This document shows positions 58,076 to 64,000 of a stretch of 64,000 nucleotides of DNA, piece by piece. Positions within the stretch are counted from its first letter, which is position 1; the number at the start of each line of letters is the position of its first letter. A model generated the notes under the pieces. It ran no database searches. It saw nothing but the letters and a program-made list of their open reading frames with translations, and was not told the DNA's origin. The position numbers and the translations under genes are program-made. Origin of the DNA: Patescibacteria group bacterium. GTDB lineage: Bacteria > Patescibacteriota > Patescibacteriia > SBBC01 > CAIJZX01. The stretch lies in the NCBI GenBank assembly GCA_038065275.1, contig JBBTRH010000012.1, forward strand, positions 14,374-78,373, in the 5' to 3' direction.

Positions 58076-58354
58076 TTAGAGTGTTGAGGGAATGCGCGGC
58101 AACGGTTTGCGGCGCGGTCCGCGCTTCTTCAGGTCGTACTCTTCGAGTTTGCCTTGGCGGCGCAGAAGTTCGCGTTGTTCGCGGATGGCCTGGCGGCGCA
58201 GGGCGTCTTCGCGGACGGCCCGTTTATTCTTCGGATTCTCGTAAAAACGCCGTTTTTTAGCGCGGATTAGGACGCCGCTTTGCTGGACACGCTTGGTGAA
58301 CCGCCGGACGAGGCTCTCCGACGATTCATTCTCCCGTTTCTTGACTTCAATCAT
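58076..58354 (-). CDS. rpsU: 30S ribosomal protein S21 with basic C-terminal extension
   Basis: MIEVKKRENESSESLVRRFTKRVQQSGVLIRAKKRRFYE matches S21; ATG 58354 preceded by AAGGAGGTG. Confidence 0.8.
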   Translation of the reverse strand: MIEVKKRENESSESLVRRFTKRVQQSGVLIRAKKRRFYENPKNKRAVREDALRRQAIREQRELLRRQGKLEEYDLKKRGPRRKPLPRIPSTL

Positions 58355-58775
58355 GGCGTCACACCTCCTTTCAGTAGTGTCGGTGCGGACGAGGAAAAGA
58401 CAGGAAACATACCCCGAGACTGTACCAACTTTTCGATGGTCTGTCAAACTTGGACGTCGGCGCGCCAGAAGCGAAGAATGTTATACCCCGCCCCTAAGCA
58501 AGCGGCCCAAGCGGCTGGCTGTGAAACATTGGGGGTCTAGTTCCTACTCCACAGCCAATGCTCATTCAGCGCCTCTTGCCCTATCTTGTGCGTATCGCCG
58601 TGTTTCACTAAACCTACGTATGACTGCACCGTTTTGTCTGTAGTATGTTCGCGAACCCACCGCATCACTCTCCGCCTCGTCGCCGTACGCGAGATACGGC
58701 GGGTTGGAAAATGAACCCGACCGGGAAAATCGACGCCGGAATAAGCTAAAAGTTCCTTGATATATTCTGGTCACC

Positions 58776-58806
58776 TTGACATAGCCGCCTTCCTTCTATA
58801 CATTGA
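58776..58806 (+). promoter_or_regulatory. sigma70-like promoter TTGACA-17-TACATT upstream of the HUH transposase gene
   Basis: ccTTGACAtagccgccttccttctaTACATTgatg. Confidence 0.4.
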
Positions 58807-58834
58807 TGTCCATTCGGTGGCTAGCAGGAACTTC

Positions 58835-59410
58835 ATGACCCAACGCGCCATCGACGGGGAGTATATCTATTTCGTGACCACTAACGTCCAGGATCGGCGG
58901 TGGTTTTTCGTTACACCAGAAAAGGCAACGCAACTAGGACAAACAATCCGGACGTGTTGCCGGATGAAGAAGTTTGAGCTCTTAGCCTACTGCATCTTAC
59001 CGAATCACATTCATCTGTTGGTCAGGAAGCTTCCGGCTGACGAAGGCTTGAGAGGCGCACCAGCGGCACAACGCACGCTGGGGAGCGTGCGTTGTGAAAC
59101 TGAAGATGACGCTTTTCTCTTCTCACATCGCCGGCTCCCCAGCCGGCGATCGCTGGAGAAGCGCCCGACGCTGTCCCACTTGATGCATTCGATCAAGAGT
59201 GCCTTCTCTCAACATCTTCACCATGGAAAGTTCTGGCAACACCGCTCCAACTTCCGGATTATCGAAACCGAGGAGTACTTGTCTAACGTAGTCGAGTACA
59301 TCCAGTACAATTATCAGAAAATGGATCTTCCTGAACACTACGGAGAAACGCCGTTTGTCTTTGTTGATCAAGCCGCGATTGATCGTGCTTTTGGATTCTC
59401 GTTGTCCTAA
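58835..59410 (+). CDS. IS200/IS605-type HUH (Y1) transposase-like protein; REP-associated tyrosine transposase (RAYT)-like
   Basis: YIYFVTTNVQDRRWFF (Y1_Tnp N-terminal motif) and HUH motif LPNHIHLLV; the only plus-strand gene in a 20-kb minus-strand block. Confidence 0.6.
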   Translation: MTQRAIDGEYIYFVTTNVQDRRWFFVTPEKATQLGQTIRTCCRMKKFELLAYCILPNHIHLLVRKLPADEGLRGAPAAQRTLGSVRCETEDDAFLFSHRRLPSRRSLEKRPTLSHLMHSIKSAFSQHLHHGKFWQHRSNFRIIETEEYLSNVVEYIQYNYQKMDLPEHYGETPFVFVDQAAIDRAFGFSLS

Positions 59411-59471
59411 AGTTCAACCGTCTCGAGTCGTAGCCAGGGACCGTATCGTTTACTATCCAAAACCCTCCCAA

Positions 59472-59834
59472 CTATCCCAATGGTCCTAATGGCCAGCCAC
59501 CCAGCAGATGCAGATGGACATGATCCACCTCCTGACCGCCGTGGCGGCGGACGTTAAAGACGAGGCGATAGCCGTCGGCGGCAATACCCTGCTCTTCGGC
59601 CAGGAGTTTTGCCCGTAACAGCATCCGCCCGAGCAGTCCGGTTTCCGCCGCGGACATCTCCGCGACCGAGCGAAGAATATGCTCTTTCGGAATAATCAAC
59701 AAATGCACCGGCGCCTTGGGGCGGATGTCGGGGAAAGCGTACAGTTCGTCGTCTTCATACGCGACCGTGCTCGGTACGGCCCGGGCCACGATCCGGCAGA
59801 AAATACAAGCGGGGTCTTTGCCGGCCGAAGTCAT
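59472..59834 (-). CDS. HIT-family (histidine triad) nucleotide hydrolase
   Basis: CIFCRI..; HVHLHLLGG triad. Confidence 0.8.
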   Translation of the reverse strand: MTSAGKDPACIFCRIVARAVPSTVAYEDDELYAFPDIRPKAPVHLLIIPKEHILRSVAEMSAAETGLLGRMLLRAKLLAEEQGIAADGYRLVFNVRRHGGQEVDHVHLHLLGGWPLGPLG

Positions 59835-59849
59835 GCGTAGACCGGAGCT

Positions 59850-61253
59850 TTAAACATCGGCGTCGATGTTGCGGGGAACCGTCGCTTCTTCCTCGGCCGG
59901 CGCTTCGTCGCGGTACTTATCGAGCCGCTCGGGGACGACTTGGCCGGTGACCGGCGTGACGCCGTTGGCGCGGTTCTTATCCAGCCGCTTCTTGATTTCC
60001 GATTCGACTTTGGCGAACGGGACCACTTCCTGAATGCCGTTTTCCATGTCTCGGATTAGGATGGTATCATCCATCATTTCTTTCTGGCCGACGATCAGCG
60101 TATAGTGGGCGCCGAGCCGGTTGGCGACTTCGAGCTGTTGTTTGATGCCGTCTTTAGTCATACTCTCGGCGACGCGAATGCCTTGGATCCGAAGCTGTTC
60201 AAAGAGTTTCAGCATTTTCCGCCGCGCCGGGTCGCCAAGCTGAGCGACAAAAATTTCCGGGGTAGCCGACGGACGAGGCGGAATCTGTTTCTCCTTGAGC
60301 TTCAAGATGATCCGTTCGATCCCGCCGGCAAAGCCGAGCGCCGGGGTCGGACGACCGCCGAGCTTTTCAATCAGCGTATCATACCGGCCGCCGCCGCCGA
60401 GGCTGACCTGACCGGCCTCGTCGTCAGCCGCCCAGAACTCGAAGACGGTGCGGTTGTAGTAGTCGAGCCCGCGGACCAGGCGCGGATTGAGAACAAACGG
60501 CACATCGAGTTCATCCAAGTACCCGAGAACCCCCTGGAAGTGTTGTTGCGAGTCCGGATCGAGCGCGTCGAGGATTTGCGGCGCATCAGCCAGAAGTTCT
60601 TGCACCGGCGGGTCTTTGCTGTCCAGCAGTCGGAGCGGATTCTTCTGGAGCGTCAAGCGTTGCTCTTCGTTCAGTTCGGACTTCTTCGTCTTCAGGTATC
60701 CTTGCAACGTCTTGGCGTATTGGGCGCGCGTCGCCTGGTCGCCGATGCTGTTCACCTGGAGCGTCGTCTCCAGGCCGACCGACTGGTAGATGGCGCGGAC
60801 CATCATGATCAGTTGGGCTTCGAGGATGGCCGACTGGCCGCCGAAGATCTCGAAACCGAATTGCCAGAACTGGCGGTAGCGGCCGGCTTGAGGCCGGTCA
60901 TGGCGGAAAAACGGACTGAAGTACCACAGTTTCACCGGTTGGGGCAGGTTGAGCATGCCGTGTTCGATGAAGGCCCGGGCCACGCCGGCCGTTCCTTCCG
61001 GACGGAGGCTGACATGGTCGCCGCTATTGTCGGCGAAGGTGTACATTTCCTTGCCGACGATATCGGTTCCCTCCCCGACCGAACGGGTAAACAGGCTGGT
61101 CGCTTCGAGCACCGGCGTTTCGATCCGTTCAAACCCGTAACAATCGGCCAGGTGGCGGGTGGTATCGAACAACCACCACCAGTACGGCTGGTCGACGGGG
61201 AGGATGTCTTTCATGCCGCGGAGGAGTTGCGGCGGCTGGAGCTCGCGGGGCAT
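59850..61253 (-). CDS. hisS: histidyl-tRNA synthetase
   Basis: class II motifs, GGGRYDTL, anticodon-binding C-terminal domain. Confidence 0.9.
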   Translation of the reverse strand: MPRELQPPQLLRGMKDILPVDQPYWWWLFDTTRHLADCYGFERIETPVLEATSLFTRSVGEGTDIVGKEMYTFADNSGDHVSLRPEGTAGVARAFIEHGMLNLPQPVKLWYFSPFFRHDRPQAGRYRQFWQFGFEIFGGQSAILEAQLIMMVRAIYQSVGLETTLQVNSIGDQATRAQYAKTLQGYLKTKKSELNEEQRLTLQKNPLRLLDSKDPPVQELLADAPQILDALDPDSQQHFQGVLGYLDELDVPFVLNPRLVRGLDYYNRTVFEFWAADDEAGQVSLGGGGRYDTLIEKLGGRPTPALGFAGGIERIILKLKEKQIPPRPSATPEIFVAQLGDPARRKMLKLFEQLRIQGIRVAESMTKDGIKQQLEVANRLGAHYTLIVGQKEMMDDTILIRDMENGIQEVVPFAKVESEIKKRLDKNRANGVTPVTGQVVPERLDKYRDEAPAEEEATVPRNIDADV

Positions 61254-61256
61254 GGG

Positions 61257-61967
61257 CTAGGGCGAGGTCAGATCGATCTTCGGGGTCGAAAAACCGGTGG
61301 CTCGTGACAACGGCCAGGCCCGAAAAGCAGTCCGGCCGATGATATCCCGGCGGGTGACCGGACCGAAACTCCGCGAGTCAAGGCTGGCCGGCCGGTTGTC
61401 ACCCAGCACGAAGTACTGACCATCGCCGAGGGTCAAGTCAAGATTGCCGAAGGTGATGACGCTACCGGCCAAGTAGGTGCGCTCATCGAGGACGACGCCG
61501 GCGGGGTAGGCGGCGTTGGCGATAGTGATTTTACCGTCGTTGATCGTCAGCCGCTCACCCGGCAAGCCGATCAGCCGTTTGATCAAGAATTCGCCCAGCG
61601 ACGGGTTGCGAAGCACCACCACGTCTCCCCGTTGAGGCTGATGCAGGCGGTACGACAGTTCGTCGATGATCAGGTATTCATTATCGCGAAAGGTCGGTTC
61701 CATCGACGCCCCTTTGACGTAGAACGGCTGGAGAATGAACGTCCGGATGGGGACGATAATGGCCAGGGCGATGACCACGATTTTCACCAGCTCGACCAAG
61801 AAACCGCCGAACGAGCTGTTGAATGACGGCAGGAAATCCGACCGCTTGGCCGGCGCCGCTAATTTTTTAAAATTGGTCGACATCCCCCGGAATGATCGCG
61901 GGTCGCCGAGCGGGTTGGACGCGGGTGCGCTGTTTTTTGGTTTGGGGTTGGGTTTCGTGATAGGCAT
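61257..61967 (-). CDS. lepB: signal peptidase I
   Basis: SMEPTF (Ser box), KRLIGLPGE, GDNRPASLDSRSFG boxes. Confidence 0.8.
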   Translation of the reverse strand: MPITKPNPKPKNSAPASNPLGDPRSFRGMSTNFKKLAAPAKRSDFLPSFNSSFGGFLVELVKIVVIALAIIVPIRTFILQPFYVKGASMEPTFRDNEYLIIDELSYRLHQPQRGDVVVLRNPSLGEFLIKRLIGLPGERLTINDGKITIANAAYPAGVVLDERTYLAGSVITFGNLDLTLGDGQYFVLGDNRPASLDSRSFGPVTRRDIIGRTAFRAWPLSRATGFSTPKIDLTSP

Positions 61968-61989
61968 GAAGAATAGAAGTCGAAATAAT

Positions 61990-62345
61990 GTTTCTTGGCG
62001 GCCTAACTCCGCTGCACCATCTATCCACTGGTGGTCGCACCCCGCAGAACACTCACTTTGTTCGTGTCTACGGGGCAGGCCTGGGCTCGAACCAGGGACC
62101 TTACGGATGTGACGGCGCGCTCCCCGGCCCGCTTCGCCTGCGGTTAAAATTAGTAAATAGTTTCTGGTGGGGATGAGAGGATTCGGACCTCTGACCTTTC
62201 CGACCCCGCTGGTGGTCGCACCTGGGCTCGAACCAGGGACCTTACGGATGTGAACCGTACGCTCTGACCAACTGAGTCCCGACGTTCCGTGCGACGGAAG
62301 TCGGGATCCCGACTCTCGCTTAGCGAGACGTCGGGACTACTGTCA
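61990..62345 (-). other. three tandem tRNA-like modules ending ..ACCA (T-arm GGTTCGAGCCC/GGTCCGAATCC plus acceptor 3' strand), one with a TTCACAT anticodon-like loop; none folds into a canonical cloverleaf
   Basis: minus strand: ..GUACGG-UUCACAU-CCGUA-AGGUC-CCUGG-UUCGAGC-CCAGG-GUGCGACCACCA; mini GGGGUCGGAAAGGUCAGAGGUCCGAAUCCUCUCAUCCCCACCA; third copy has a 40-nt hairpin between T-arm and 3' acceptor. Confidence 0.45.
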
Positions 62346-62580
62346 ATAATGAGTTTAATTACTTTTCGACTCTTTTTCGTTTTAAGGGCCCGTTCTCTTT
62401 TCCGAGCCTCCGACAACGTTGGATACCGTTCTACTCGCACCAGCTTCCAGGGTCGATAGGGCTTCGTGGAAAAACTCTTTCCAGTGTTATGCTCGCGTAG
62501 CCTCTTTCGTACATTACCGGTCGTACCAATGTAGTAGCGTCCATTCTTCTCACTCTCTAGGAAATATACGTGCCACATTA
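62150..62580 (-). CDS. GIY-YIG nuclease-domain protein (~85-aa domain; C-terminal extension overlaps the tRNA-like modules and may not be real)
   Basis: MWHVYFLESEKNGRYYIGTTGNVRKRLREHN...EARKRERALK is a canonical GIY-YIG motif; no Shine-Dalgarno seen; stop position uncertain. Confidence 0.5.
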
Positions 62581-62608
62581 TACAGGAGGGTTTACATTTT
62601 AGCCTTAT

Positions 62609-62685
62609 TGGTGGCCACTGCTGGATTCGGACCAGCGACCTCACCGATGTGAACGGTGCGCTCTAACCGACTGAGCTAAGTGGCC
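62609..62685 (-). tRNA. tRNA-Val (anticodon CAC) with encoded CCA
   Basis: GGCCACT-TA-GCTCAGTCGGTTAGAGC-G-CACCG-TTCACAT-CGGTG-AGGTC-GCTGG-TCCGAAT-CCAGC-AGTGGCC-A-CCA; all stems are Watson-Crick paired. Confidence 0.85.
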
Positions 62686-62763
62686 GTGGCGGGCAGGTAT
62701 GTCCGGCGCTTTCACTGAGGCGACCAGAAACCGCTAAAATAACGCCAGAATAGCCACAGGATA

Positions 62764-63480
62764 TCACCTTTTTCCATTCGATGCAAGGGTGCGGCGTCGG
62801 GCGAGTTGCCAAGCCAGCCGGACATCCTCGGCCGCAATCCGCCAGGAAAATTTCGACCGGCCGCCGCGGCGCTCGCGGAAAATCAGCGGGACTTCGCCGA
62901 TCCGGCCTCGCCGGCGCCGGGCCAACCAGGTCATCTCCATTAACCAGGCGTAGCCGACGCCGGTCATTGGTTCAGACATCACCTGCCGCAGAAAATCAGC
63001 TCGCCAGCCCTTGTATCCCGTACTCCAGTCGCGCACCGTCCATCCGAGCAGGGACCGGATGTAGATATTGCCCAGGGTGCTGACCCAGCGACGATACCAG
63101 ACGATCGGGAATCGGCCGCCGCGCACGTAGCGTGAAGCCAACACCAGGTCGAGATCGCGCAAGCGTTCCAGGAGCACCGGGATAAGAGCCGGATCGTGGG
63201 ACCCGTCGGCGTCCATTTGCACCACCAACGTCGCTCCCTGCCGAAGCGCGTATCGAAATCCGTCCCGGTAGGCCGATCCCAGCCCGAGCTTGCCGGCCCG
63301 ATGGAGGACGTGGAGGTGGGTGTCTTGAACCTGGAGTCGGTCAGCGATACGACCGGTTCCGTCCGGCGAGTTGTCGTCGACAATCAGCAACTCAGCTGTC
63401 GTCCGCCGACGAATGTCGCGGAGGAGCGCCTCCAGGTTTTCCGCTTCGTTGTAGGTGGGCAGGACGATCCAGGTCGACAT
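62764..63480 (-). CDS. GT2 glycosyltransferase, polyprenol-phosphate mannose/glucose synthase (DPM1-like)
   Basis: VLPTYNEAENL, VDDNSPDGT, MDADGSHDP motifs. Confidence 0.85.
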   Translation of the reverse strand: MSTWIVLPTYNEAENLEALLRDIRRRTTAELLIVDDNSPDGTGRIADRLQVQDTHLHVLHRAGKLGLGSAYRDGFRYALRQGATLVVQMDADGSHDPALIPVLLERLRDLDLVLASRYVRGGRFPIVWYRRWVSTLGNIYIRSLLGWTVRDWSTGYKGWRADFLRQVMSEPMTGVGYAWLMEMTWLARRRRGRIGEVPLIFRERRGGRSKFSWRIAAEDVRLAWQLARRRTLASNGKR

Positions 63481-63557
63481 AGTTCAAGCCTCGGTCTACG
63501 CCTGGGCCGACCTTAAGTCGCCCGCTGTTTCCTCATCGACGAGTAGCACCCGGCGGG

Positions 63558-63941
63558 TCATGGAAACGGCGGGGTCGGCGGCTGATAGCGATAGGGAGAC
63601 GGCGACACCGGCGGCGGGGCGGACGCCGGATTGCTTGGTGACGGCGGAATTGCGACGGGCGGCGGTGAGCTGACCGGCGGAGCCAGATCTTGCTGGACCA
63701 GTTGCTGGGCCTGGCGCAGTTCCTCGAGTTCACGTTGGAGCACCTCTGACTTATGCCGGGCATCACGTTCCAGGGTCGCTAAGTCATGGTGAAAGGTGCT
63801 CCGAATGCGGACCCGGCGGAGGACGGCCAGTCCGATGCTGGCCAGTACGCCGCCCCCCAGGACGATGATGGCGCCGTTGGCCACGGCCGGATTACGAAGC
63901 AGCGGGACGCGGGCCAGGAACGGCAAACCGCCGGCGACCAC
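63558..63941 (-). CDS. membrane-anchored Pro-rich hypothetical protein
   Basis: TM plus coiled-coil plus PPPV repeats; weak support; may be edge-truncated. Confidence 0.3.
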   Translation of the reverse strand: MVAGGLPFLARVPLLRNPAVANGAIIVLGGGVLASIGLAVLRRVRIRSTFHHDLATLERDARHKSEVLQRELEELRQAQQLVQQDLAPPVSSPPPVAIPPSPSNPASAPPPVSPSPYRYQPPTPPFP

Positions 63942-64000
63942 GGTTAGTTTCGCTGAGCTGTCGGTGAAATTGCCGGCCCGGTCGAACGCCCGGACGATGT

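Noticed and set aside
61990-62345. Interpretation of the ACCA-ending tRNA-like modules as the tmRNA
   Set aside because: There is no 5' acceptor partner or tag-like frame. The 19727-20129 candidate has proper 5'/3' pairing and sits by smpB. The call remains uncertain.

Overview
This is a GC-rich window from a small, densely coded bacterial genome, with almost all genes on the minus strand. The gene content (type-2 IleS, YfhO, DUF559, DUF167, many membrane-anchored surface proteins) fits an uncultivated lineage such as Patescibacteria/CPR or another reduced-genome bacterium. That lineage call is inference only. No searches or computations were run; every call below is by eye from the sequence and the ORF track.

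Core genes I can support:
- Translation: ileS, argS, hisS, prfB (with the classic CTT-TGA-C +1 frameshift), infC (ATT start), rpmI, rplT, rpsU, smpB, and a candidate tmRNA.
- Division and repair: ftsA, ftsZ, recO, ybeY, dgkA, lepB, htrA, and a ClpC-like ATPase.
- B12-themed locus: NrdR boxes, nrdR, a class II (B12-dependent) nrdJ, DUF4870, btuR/cobA, a long structured leader (candidate cobalamin riboswitch), two DUF4430 (BtuG-like) genes and an ECF S-component-like gene.
- Envelope glycosylation: GT4, GT39-like, YfhO, GT2 and a polysaccharide deacetylase.

Observations worth a second look:
1. A 2076-aa surface protein whose N-terminus looks like a TrbC/VirB2-type conjugative pilin. With two small anchored proteins it sits inside the otherwise conserved rpsU-yqeY ... 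ybeY-dgkA neighbourhood.
2. Two paralogous two-gene membrane modules (a flotillin/SPFH or a 461-aa anchored protein, each followed by a polytopic protein ending P..MIP..WI.GK). They share a ~60-bp promoter/leader motif and near-identical terminators.
3. A MITE/REPIN-like repeat family with 21-bp terminal inverted repeats (three copies, one overlapping a promoter -35), and a RAYT-like HUH transposase gene elsewhere in the window.
4. Tandem 5'-end duplications that create upstream ORFs ending just before the real starts of both prfB and infC.
5. IleS carrying a ~200-aa histidine-phosphatase domain inserted between the halves of its zinc knuckle.
6. Unusual tRNA loci: a tRNA-Asp with an apparent 9-bp acceptor stem plus tandem 5'-half fragments, and three ACCA-ending tRNA-like modules with a GIY-YIG endonuclease gene next to tRNA-Val.
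7. A 16-bp long-range inverted repeat that pairs right up to the rpmI start codon. It shares a CCCCGTTAGA core with a second inverted repeat at 3.9 kb.

No CRISPR array, rRNA gene or phage module was seen.
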